64,000 bases of DNA, from positions 17,018 through 81,017 of the forward strand of contig JACNFK010000024.1 of the NCBI GenBank assembly GCA_014384675.1, written 5' to 3'. The notes below the pieces were generated by a model. It worked only from the letters and a program-made list of their open reading frames with translations. It was not told where the DNA came from and searched no databases. Origin of the DNA: Candidatus Thiopontia autotrophica. GTDB taxonomy: Bacteria > Pseudomonadota > Gammaproteobacteria > GCF-002020875. The position numbers and the translations under genes were made by a program. Below, one piece after another: positions 7,277 through 15,023 of this stretch. How positions within the stretch are numbered: the stretch's first letter is position 1; every line of letters starts with the position of its first letter.

Positions 7277-8944
7277 AAGAGGAGGTTTTTTGTTTTGTTT
7301 AGGAGAACTATAAAGATGAAGAAATTATCATTGACTGCATTAAGTCTTGCAGTAGGTGTTGCAATGGGAGGGGTTGGCACTACAGTAAGTGCTGGGCCAT
7401 CACTATCAGAGGCTGATTTTGAGCACTCCAAGAAGCTCTACTTCCAGCGCTGTGCAGGTTGTCACGGTGTACTGAGAAAAGGGGCGACAGGCAAGAGTCT
7501 GGAGCCAAAAGATACTCGTGAGCTAGGTCAGGAGCGTCTGGAGAAGATTCTGACTTACGGAACAGACGGTGGAATGAACAACTTTGATGATATCTTCAGC
7601 AAGGAAGAGATCTCAATGATGGCCACCTACATTCAGTTGGAGCCACCAATTCCACCAGAGATGTCACTGGCGATGATGAAGGAGCGTACCGAGGTATTTA
7701 TTGATCCCAAGGACTATCCAACCAAGCCACTACATGGACGTAACTGGGAGAACTTCTTCGTAGTTATCGAGCGTGATGCTGGTAAGGCAGCAGTAATCGA
7801 TGGTGATACCAAAGAGATTATCGACCATATTGACACTGGTTACGCAGTACACGTAATCAAGGCTACCGAGCACCATGAGACCGAGCATCCTGTTGGCGGT
7901 GTTGCCGGACGCTTCTGGTACACAATGGGTCGTGATGGCGTAATGAGCAAGATCGATCTGTGGCAGAACCCAGGAAGCATGCTGGTTGCCAAGACCCAGA
8001 TTGCATATGATGCACGTGATGTTGCGATCTCTGGAGATGGTAAATATGTAATTGGTGGAGGCTACTGGCCACCACACTTCGTAATTGCCGATGCTGTTAC
8101 CATGGAGCCACTGAAGGTAGTATCCACTCGTGGGGTAAATGTTGATGGTGAGTATGTAAATGAGTCACGTGTAGCTGCGGTCTACACCACTCCAAACGAG
8201 CCAACCTTCCTGGTTGCGGTCAAGGAGCTGGGGCAGATGTGGCAGGTTGACTACAGTGATATCGAGAATTTGGATATCACCAAAATCGACTCTGCGAAGT
8301 TCCTCCATGATGGATTCTTTGATCCAACCGGACGTTACTTCCAGATTGCGGCAAATGCATCCAACAAGATGGTTGTAGTAGATACCAAGACCCGCAAGCT
8401 TGAGGCGATGATTGATACCACTGGCAAGAAGCCACACCCTGGCCCTGGTGCAAACTGGGATGATCCAAAACATGGTCCTGTAGGTGCTACGGTCCATCTG
8501 GGAACAGGTATGGTAACTGTATGGGGTAATGATCCAGCCGGTACACCAAGCAAGGCCTGGAAGATCGTACGTGAGATTGAGACTGATGGAGCAGGTGCAT
8601 TTATCCGTACCCATCCAAACTCCAAGTATGTATGGGCAGATCAGGTCAAGAACCCTGAGCCTGAGATACAGCAGTCTGTACAGGTTATCTCCAAGGAGAC
8701 CGGCGAGATCGTCAAGACTATCCGGGTAACTGAAGAGCAGGGCAAGGCGGCACTCCATATTGAGTTTAACAAGGATGGAAGTGAGGCTTGGGTATCTGTC
8801 TGGAACCGTACAGATAACTCTAACCCAACTGGTGAGATCGTAGTCTACGATGCAGATACTCTTGAAGAGAAGGCTCGTATCAAGGGGCTGACCACACCAA
8901 CCGGTAAGTTCAACGTTTATAGTAGAACTAACCACGTAACCTAA
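7259..8944 (+). CDS. nirS: Cytochrome cd1 nitrite reductase NirS, copy 2, a soluble periplasmic form (likely start ATG 7316, MKKLSLTALSLAVG)
   Basis: Sec signal peptide ending VSA-G; otherwise identical to copy 1. Confidence 0.9.
   Translation: MKGAFYKRRFFVLFRRTIKMKKLSLTALSLAVGVAMGGVGTTVSAGPSLSEADFEHSKKLYFQRCAGCHGVLRKGATGKSLEPKDTRELGQERLEKILTYGTDGGMNNFDDIFSKEEISMMATYIQLEPPIPPEMSLAMMKERTEVFIDPKDYPTKPLHGRNWENFFVVIERDAGKAAVIDGDTKEIIDHIDTGYAVHVIKATEHHETEHPVGGVAGRFWYTMGRDGVMSKIDLWQNPGSMLVAKTQIAYDARDVAISGDGKYVIGGGYWPPHFVIADAVTMEPLKVVSTRGVNVDGEYVNESRVAAVYTTPNEPTFLVAVKELGQMWQVDYSDIENLDITKIDSAKFLHDGFFDPTGRYFQIAANASNKMVVVDTKTRKLEAMIDTTGKKPHPGPGANWDDPKHGPVGATVHLGTGMVTVWGNDPAGTPSKAWKIVREIETDGAGAFIRTHPNSKYVWADQVKNPEPEIQQSVQVISKETGEIVKTIRVTEEQGKAALHIEFNKDGSEAWVSVWNRTDNSNPTGEIVVYDADTLEEKARIKGLTTPTGKFNVYSRTNHVT
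7394..8940 (+). repeat. Copy 2 of the 1547 bp perfect tandem repeat
   Basis: See copy 1. Confidence 0.85.
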
Positions 8945-8954
8945 GTAGAGTAGT

Positions 8955-8990
8955 GGCCGGCACCTGCATATCAGGTGCCGGTTTTTTTAT
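8955..8990 (+). terminator. Rho-independent terminator after nirS copy 2
   Basis: ccggcacctg / caggtgccgg stem followed by TTTTTTT. Confidence 0.6.
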
Positions 8991-10708
8991 ATAATTTATT
9001 TGTACTGCCTGAGGAGCCTTTAATGCCGATTCCTGAAAGACCAAGTTTCAAAGAGAGAATAAAGGTGCTGTTTTCGCGTCGTTTGATCCTCAATACGACA
9101 CTTGGAGGTGGTCTGGTGTTTGCCCTGTTTGGAATTATCTTTTGGGGTGGATTCAATACGGCAATGGAGGTAACAAATACCCTGGAGTTCTGTATCTCAT
9201 GTCATGAGATGGAGGACAATGTATACAAGGAGTACCAAAAGACTATCCACTATGCGAATCGTACTGGAGTACGGGCAACCTGTTCGGATTGTCATGTGCC
9301 TGATCCATGGATACATAAGGTAGCCAGAAAGATTGAGGCCAGTAACGAGGTGTTACACAAGATGTTGGGGACTATTGATACCCCTGAAAAGTTTGATGCA
9401 AAACGTCTGCAGTTGGCAAAAAATGTATGGCGTTCGATGAAGAGTACTGACTCCAGAGAGTGTCGGAACTGTCACAATTTTGAGGCGATGAATGGAGACA
9501 TGCAGAAGCCTCGTGCGATGAATCAACATACCAATGCGCTCAGGTCAGGACAGACCTGTATCGACTGCCATAAGGGTATTGCGCACAAAGGGGTTCATAA
9601 GCTGTTGAGTGATGAAGAGAAGGAGGCGATGGAGGCCCCTGATGAGTCACTGGCGAAACCTGAGGCAAAACTGTTCCAGCTGGCTGATCTGGATCCGGTA
9701 GCTGCGGCAGCAGCCAAGGCTGCAGCAGAGAAGGCAGCAGCAGAGGCAGCAGCAGAGGCAGCAGCCTCGGCCCAGGCAGGTAATTGGGAGACTATTGTGG
9801 GACGAGAGATTCACCTCATCTATCCTGGCCAGACATCCATAGAGTGGGTGCTGAATGGAACAGATCACGGTGGAGCAAATGCCTTTAAAAAGGGTGGAGA
9901 TCGATGCGTTACCTGTCATGACAAAGAGGCCAAGATTATGGGCGACCGTATAGTTGGTGGCACGCATGAGAAGGCGATGGAGCCAACTCCGATTGCTGGC
10001 AAGCGGGGTGGAGTTCCTGTCATGGTGAAGGCCGCTCATGATGGCGATAATCTATACATGCAGTTTACCTGGCATGATGTTGACCACCATACAGCGGGGC
10101 ATAAGTCGGTTGTTGAGGCTGAGCGGATGGATCCCGAGAACCCTGTCAAGCTGGCGATAATGTTTGCGACCGATCAAGTAGAGTTTGCAGACCGTTCAGG
10201 ATGTTGGGGAACTTGTCACCATGATGCCAATGGCATGCCCCATCAGCCAGAGGGTACAGATGTAACCAAGTACACCAAGGAGTCACGCACCAAGATTGAG
10301 GTCAAGGGGCGTCGTGGCAAGAAGCGTGGTGGCTGGGACAAGTTGAGAAAGCCTGAAGAGATTAAGGCTGCACTTGATCAGAAAAAGATCATGGATCTTG
10401 TGCGCTACAAGGCTGGCAGCAACCAGGCAGAAGATGGAATGATCCTGGCCAGCCGTGATATGAGTGGTAACAGTGATGACCTTGAGTTTGAGGGCAAGAG
10501 AGATGACCAGGGAAACTGGGTGGTAGAGATGAAGCGTAAGCTGAATTCCGGTGATGCAGATGATCTGTCACTGGCGCTGGACCAAGTCTATAATTTTGGT
10601 TTTGCTATCCATGATGACTACACCAATGGACGCTTCCACCATGTCTCATTTGGTTACAAGCTTGGGTTTGATGACCCAAAAGCGGAGATCAATGCTGTAA
10701 AATGGTGA
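8975..10708 (+). CDS. nirT: NirT/NapC-family membrane tetraheme quinol dehydrogenase fused to a ~330 aa C-terminal domain with extra haem motifs (likely start 9023, MPIPERP)
   Basis: TM helix then CISCH, CSDCH, CRNCH, CIDCH. An Ala-rich linker (AAAAAKAAAEKAAAEAAAEAAA) follows. The C-terminal domain carries CVTCH and CWGTCH (CX3CH). Confidence 0.8.
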   Translation: MPVFLYNLFVLPEEPLMPIPERPSFKERIKVLFSRRLILNTTLGGGLVFALFGIIFWGGFNTAMEVTNTLEFCISCHEMEDNVYKEYQKTIHYANRTGVRATCSDCHVPDPWIHKVARKIEASNEVLHKMLGTIDTPEKFDAKRLQLAKNVWRSMKSTDSRECRNCHNFEAMNGDMQKPRAMNQHTNALRSGQTCIDCHKGIAHKGVHKLLSDEEKEAMEAPDESLAKPEAKLFQLADLDPVAAAAAKAAAEKAAAEAAAEAAASAQAGNWETIVGREIHLIYPGQTSIEWVLNGTDHGGANAFKKGGDRCVTCHDKEAKIMGDRIVGGTHEKAMEPTPIAGKRGGVPVMVKAAHDGDNLYMQFTWHDVDHHTAGHKSVVEAERMDPENPVKLAIMFATDQVEFADRSGCWGTCHHDANGMPHQPEGTDVTKYTKESRTKIEVKGRRGKKRGGWDKLRKPEEIKAALDQKKIMDLVRYKAGSNQAEDGMILASRDMSGNSDDLEFEGKRDDQGNWVVEMKRKLNSGDADDLSLALDQVYNFGFAIHDDYTNGRFHHVSFGYKLGFDDPKAEINAVKW

Positions 10709-10709
10709 G

Positions 10710-11069
10710 ATGATAATTATTAATTACAGGCCTCTCATGCTTCTGCTGGGAGGCCTTTTTTTTGTTTCAGGATGTTCAAATGATCTGCCTGTGCCAAAGG
10801 TGGTTGAGATTGAGATCATTAATTATGGATACCAACCACAAACTGTGACCATTAATCCCGGTGATACAGTACGCTGGATTAACCGTGAGAAGAGACAGTA
10901 CCACTCGGTAAAACTTGATGGTGATGGTGGCGGTGGTTCGGTTAATTCAGAGTATCTCTTTCCTGGGGAGAGCTGGGAGCATACCTTCAGTCAAGAAGGG
11001 GTGTACAACTATATGTGTGGCCCACATTCGGAAATGGTTGGAGCTGTGAAGGTGAAATCACTCATCTAG
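10710..11069 (+). CDS. Type-1 (blue) copper cupredoxin lipoprotein (plastocyanin/pseudoazurin-like)
   Basis: Lipobox FVSGC. H..YMCGPHSEM(V) has the C-x-P-H-x-x-M copper-ligand spacing. Its start lies 2 bp after the nirT stop. Confidence 0.75.
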   Translation: MIIINYRPLMLLLGGLFFVSGCSNDLPVPKVVEIEIINYGYQPQTVTINPGDTVRWINREKRQYHSVKLDGDGGGGSVNSEYLFPGESWEHTFSQEGVYNYMCGPHSEMVGAVKVKSLI

Positions 11070-11744
11070 GGTTTCTCGCATCTTCTCGGCATTGAGGATG
11101 TGGACCTCGTAGCCATGAACCTCAATCATCTTGTTCTTTTTCAGTTTCCCAAGAATGCGAGAGAAGGTCTCTCTCTGAATCGAGAGTCTGGAGGCAATTA
11201 CACTTTTCTGGGTCGGTAACTGAAAGGTGCCTTCATTGTCCTCGGCAGGAATGAAGGTGAGCAGATAGCTTATCAATCTGTGGGTGGCATTATGCAGGCA
11301 TAGGCCATCTATCTCCTGTACATAACTCTGTAGTCGCATACTAAGGTCAGACATGATCGAGAAGGTAGTGTCCGGATCTGAGCGCAAGATATTTTTGTAT
11401 ATCTTACTGTTGAAAACAAAGATCTCTCCACTCTCCAGGAACTGGCTGTTGACAGGGTAGGTGCCACCATCCATAAACATCATCGCCTCAGCAAAGGATT
11501 GGCCAGCCTGGAGAATATTTACCGTCTTCTCACCGCCGTCGAGGGCTAGTAGATAAAGTCGAATGGTGCCGGTTCTTACGATAAAGAAATGGGTTGCTGC
11601 TTCATCTTTAAGGAACAGGGTCTCATTTGGTTTTTTTCTGATTAGTTCGGATGTCTCCAACATCTCTTGCATGGACTCTTTGGTGAGAGAGGCAAAAAGC
11701 GGAGAGCGGCGAAGTTCACGCTCAAAAACAGTGGATAGAGACAT
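11058..11744 (-). CDS. dnr: Crp/Fnr-family regulator of the Dnr/NnrR type (no N-terminal Cys cluster)
   Basis: cNMP-binding fold plus a C-terminal HTH with the E--SR recognition motif (RETFSRIL) expected for TTGAT half-sites. Confidence 0.75.
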   Translation of the reverse strand: MSLSTVFERELRRSPLFASLTKESMQEMLETSELIRKKPNETLFLKDEAATHFFIVRTGTIRLYLLALDGGEKTVNILQAGQSFAEAMMFMDGGTYPVNSQFLESGEIFVFNSKIYKNILRSDPDTTFSIMSDLSMRLQSYVQEIDGLCLHNATHRLISYLLTFIPAEDNEGTFQLPTQKSVIASRLSIQRETFSRILGKLKKNKMIEVHGYEVHILNAEKMRETLDE

Positions 11745-11814
11745 AGGTTATTTGGTAATTGTGTTTTATAATTTTCGCTATAGTGTATAGGTATTATCTG
11801 GGCTTGTTAAGGTT

Positions 11815-11828
11815 TTGATGTAAATCAA
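11815..11828. promoter_or_regulatory. Perfect FNR/Dnr box TTGAT-GTAA-ATCAA between dnr and the hemerythrin gene
   Basis: Exact consensus, 66 bp upstream of the hemerythrin ATG and 78 bp upstream of the dnr ATG. Confidence 0.7.
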
Positions 11829-11887
11829 ATCACAAAAAATGGTATCTTAGGTACACTATGGTTAGTTCTGTTTAACCCCTGAGAGGA

Positions 11888-12475
11888 ATGAGTTTTATGA
11901 AGAAAAGTTACTCTATGTTTGCGCTATTTTCATTAATCATTATAGCGCTGGTAGTTGTCTTTCTGGGGTTCGTGGTATTTGGCCCGGGTAATCCGGTTCC
12001 ATGGGTAATATTGGTTATTCTGGCATTGATCCCATACTTTCATGAACGCAGTGTGCGCAAGGAGTATATAGAGTGGAGTAGCCAGTACGAGGTTGGTGTC
12101 AAATTAATTGACCATGACCACCAGAAGTTGGTTGGGCTGTTAAACCAGGTTGTCAGTGCCTCTCACTATAATATGGGGAAGGGGTATGTGAAGGGTGTCA
12201 TTGAGGAGCTGATCGAATATACCAAATACCACTTCGAGCGCGAGGAGGGGTTGATGCGGGATAACAACTGGACTGATATTGATGCCCATATGAAACAGCA
12301 CAGGGATATGGTGGATAAAGTGGAGGCCTTTAGTAGTAAATATACAGGGGATCTGGATGGTCAGGAGGAGCTCAGTACAGAGATTCACCACTTCCTGAAG
12401 GATTGGTTGCTTGACCATATTGTACGTACCGATAAAGAGCTTGGTCAATTCCTGATATCCAGTGGAGTGAAGTAG
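11888..12475 (+). CDS. Membrane-anchored hemerythrin-like (bacteriohemerythrin) protein
   Basis: Two N-terminal TM helices followed by an HHE cation-binding domain (IDHDHQKL, HFEREE, DWLLDHI). Confidence 0.75.
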   Translation: MSFMKKSYSMFALFSLIIIALVVVFLGFVVFGPGNPVPWVILVILALIPYFHERSVRKEYIEWSSQYEVGVKLIDHDHQKLVGLLNQVVSASHYNMGKGYVKGVIEELIEYTKYHFEREEGLMRDNNWTDIDAHMKQHRDMVDKVEAFSSKYTGDLDGQEELSTEIHHFLKDWLLDHIVRTDKELGQFLISSGVK

Positions 12476-12481
12476 AGTTAG

Positions 12482-13168
12482 ATGAGATATCCAGGCAGGC
12501 TATTTGGGGTTGGTGCACTACTCCTCTCCTTTGCGATCTATGCTGATGCACCGCTGGATAATGAGCTTACTCTTGCAATGGCAGCCACCCCAAACGTGGA
12601 GTCGGGCAGAGAGGTTTTTAGACTCTGTGTTGTCTGTCACCAGATTAACTCATGGGGAACTATTGATGGCAGCTATCCACAACTGGCGGGACAGCATAGC
12701 AGTGTAATCATCAAGCAGATTGCCGATATCAGGGCAGGCAATCGGGATAATCCATCCATGCTGATAATAGCCCAGGAGAAGGTGATGGGTGGCCCCCAGG
12801 CAATTGCAGATGTAACTGCCTATATCCAGACGTTACCTATGACCCCGACCCCTGGCGTTGGCCCGGGACACAAACTGGGTAAGGCAGAACGTACATATTT
12901 CAGAAAATGTGCCGAGTGTCATGGTGGTGATGGTGGTGGAGATTCGGGTAGATATTTCCCCCGCCTTCAAGGGCAGCACTATGCCTATCTGTTGAGACAG
13001 TTACAGTGGATCCGTGATGACAAGAGACGCAATGCCAATAGCGAGATGATGCGCAGGGTTAGCAAGATGAAGGATGCCGAGCTTTCAATCCTGGCGGACT
13101 ATATCTCCAGAATCAGGCCGCCTGCAGAGGATATGGCACCAGAGGGTTGGAAGAACCCGGATTTTTAA
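12482..13168 (+). CDS. Dihaem cytochrome c4-family protein
   Basis: Signal peptide with CVVCH and CAECH motifs. Paralogous to the dihaem cytochrome at 31748 (shared QHYAY.LRQ..WIRD.KRRNAN). Confidence 0.8.
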   Translation: MRYPGRLFGVGALLLSFAIYADAPLDNELTLAMAATPNVESGREVFRLCVVCHQINSWGTIDGSYPQLAGQHSSVIIKQIADIRAGNRDNPSMLIIAQEKVMGGPQAIADVTAYIQTLPMTPTPGVGPGHKLGKAERTYFRKCAECHGGDGGGDSGRYFPRLQGQHYAYLLRQLQWIRDDKRRNANSEMMRRVSKMKDAELSILADYISRIRPPAEDMAPEGWKNPDF

Positions 13169-13172
13169 TCTG

Positions 13173-13463
13173 CTATCGGGGGCGACAGGTTGATCTGACG
13201 TTGAAAACTTCTTTACTGTTGTCGGCAGCTTTTTCAGGCATGGCTATGGTTATCAAAAAATCACCATCTGCTGTTGTCTCCGTCTTGGTAGTAAACCCAA
13301 GCTCATTAAGATGGCCGTAGAGTGGGTGTGGCTCAACAGAGATATGGAGCTGGAATGAGTCACCTGGCTGCAGTGTCATTGCCATTGATGTAGCCTGCTT
13401 GAAAGGTTCGGGACACTTTAGTCCGCGCACATCAATAACGGCTATAGGTTGATTGCTTCTCAT
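13173..13463 (-). CDS. TusA-family sulfurtransferase (SirA/YedF/YeeD-like)
   Basis: About 80 aa with the DVRGLKCPEP motif (CPxP). Confidence 0.7.
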   Translation of the reverse strand: MRSNQPIAVIDVRGLKCPEPFKQATSMAMTLQPGDSFQLHISVEPHPLYGHLNELGFTTKTETTADGDFLITIAMPEKAADNSKEVFNVRSTCRPR

Positions 13464-13565
13464 TGAGTGGCATTATCCTACGGTTTCTCCTCTATAGTAA
13501 ATAGCTATTAATAATTGCGATTACTGTCGCAAGGATCAGTCGTAAGGATCAATACTTGGGAATCT

Positions 13566-15023
13566 CTAAAAAAGTTTAATAGGATGGGGGTTTGGGGGAT
13601 TTGACAAAATCTCTCTGATCCGGGCAGCCATATCATTGGCTGATATGCCATGAGCCAGTTTTGTTATGAATTCACCATTGGGAGCCATCAGAAAGACCCC
13701 TGAGGAGTGGTCCATAATGTATTGCTCAGGATCTCTCGATTCGTCCACAACCTTCTCATACTTCACATTATATATCCGGGCGACTCGGTCAGTCATGGCC
13801 TGAGTGCCGGTTAGTCCTGTCAGGGCAGGGTGAAAATAGTTAACATAGGTGCTTAGTACATCAGGGGTGTCTCTGGCAGGATCAACCGTAATAAAGTATG
13901 GCTGAATCTGCTCTGCATCATCCCCTATCCTGTTTAGTGCTGAAGAGATGGTGAGTAGTGAGGTTGGGCAGACATCGGGGCAGAAGGTGTATCCAAAGTA
14001 GACCAGGTGAAATTTCCCCAACATATCCTGATCAGTAAAGAGTTTGCCGTGATGATCACGTAGCATGAATTTGCCGCCAATATAGCTGGACGGTGTAGTG
14101 TCTTGGGCGCTGTTTTTAGCCACCTCTTTTGCAGACTCCTCTACAATTGAGTCATCCACATACTTGAGGCACTGTTTGATGGTGACTGTATTATGCTCCA
14201 TCAACTTGAAGTAGTGGTCTTCTCCAGCCTCTATCCTTGATCCAAAACTGTCCAGTAGACCAATATTTAGAGTGGTTCCATCGGTAAGCAGAGATAGTGC
14301 ATCTGGATCAATCTGTTGTTCAGTCAACAGACAGCTGTAGTCACCGCTCTTGAGCCGGGCTCTGTTTTGCAGAAATGAGAGCCCTCTGACTGGTGTCATT
14401 GGGGACTCTGCAACTACCCCTCGAATTTTTAGTGCATATGCCTGTTCAAAGTACTGCAAGGTATCATAGTAGGCCATTCCAATGCCGCTCTTCAATCCAC
14501 GGTATCCATACTCCAGACGACGATCCAGTTCAGCCAGTCTTCTCAATAGATTGCGACGGTTGTTTTCATATAGTGACTTACGTTCTGGATCAAGCTTTGT
14601 CAGCGCCCTGGCAAGTTCATCGGTAATGATGAGAATATTGCGGCTATCAAGCCAGATGAATGGATCACGCCTCTCCTTGTTCCAGCGTGATGTAAGGACC
14701 TTGATCTCCTCATTGTCGAGCAGGGTAAAGAGGGTGGTGTTTGGGCCAAGCAGCTCTAGCTGATTAACCATAAACTGCTCCAGCTCGGGCCCTATCCATA
14801 CAACCATATCTGCATCTCTGAGAGCATGTTGTTTGGATTTTGAGAGAGTTGCCGTGTATGGCGACTGCTGGTTGTCTACAAGTAGCTCGGGTGGGCGTGT
14901 ATCTGCCAGTAGACCAGAGAGAATTGAGTGGATTGGTTTTATGGTAGTGACAACCTTGAGCGGCTCACCACTCCAGGTAGCTGAAGAGAAGATCAGTAGT
15001 GCAAAGATGGAGAGCAGTCTCAA
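13566..15023 (-). CDS. Fusion protein: ZnuA/TroA-like periplasmic metal-binding SBP domain plus a C-terminal SCO1/SenC copper-chaperone domain
   Basis: Signal peptide and ~300 aa of cluster-9 SBP fold (DPFIWLD where ZnuA has DPHxWLD). The C-terminal ~170 aa carry CPDVCP (CxxxC) and a conserved His (MDHSSGVFL) as in Sco proteins. Confidence 0.7.
   Translation of the reverse strand: MRLLSIFALLIFSSATWSGEPLKVVTTIKPIHSILSGLLADTRPPELLVDNQQSPYTATLSKSKQHALRDADMVVWIGPELEQFMVNQLELLGPNTTLFTLLDNEEIKVLTSRWNKERRDPFIWLDSRNILIITDELARALTKLDPERKSLYENNRRNLLRRLAELDRRLEYGYRGLKSGIGMAYYDTLQYFEQAYALKIRGVVAESPMTPVRGLSFLQNRARLKSGDYSCLLTEQQIDPDALSLLTDGTTLNIGLLDSFGSRIEAGEDHYFKLMEHNTVTIKQCLKYVDDSIVEESAKEVAKNSAQDTTPSSYIGGKFMLRDHHGKLFTDQDMLGKFHLVYFGYTFCPDVCPTSLLTISSALNRIGDDAEQIQPYFITVDPARDTPDVLSTYVNYFHPALTGLTGTQAMTDRVARIYNVKYEKVVDESRDPEQYIMDHSSGVFLMAPNGEFITKLAHGISANDMAARIREILSNPPNPHPIKLF

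Noticed and set aside
5487-8944. Possibility that the perfect nirS tandem duplication is purely an assembly artefact
   Set aside because: I did not fully reject this and cannot exclude it without reads. The two copies have different, individually sensible 5' ends (lipoprotein versus Sec signal), each with its own downstream terminator. The repeat boundaries are clean single-base transitions inside coding sequence, which argues for a genuine recent duplication or gene conversion. It is kept as a finding with an explicit refutation test.
10731-10770. A hairpin plus T-run (aggcctctcatgcttctgctgggaggcc-TTTTTTTT) that looks like an intrinsic terminator right after nirT
   Set aside because: It lies inside the signal-peptide coding region of the cupredoxin gene (encoding …PLMLLLGGLFFV…). 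The gene starts 2 bp after the nirT stop with a plausible lipobox. The hairpin may be an incidental consequence of Leu/Phe codons, so it is not called a terminator. It is mentioned only as a possible attenuating structure.
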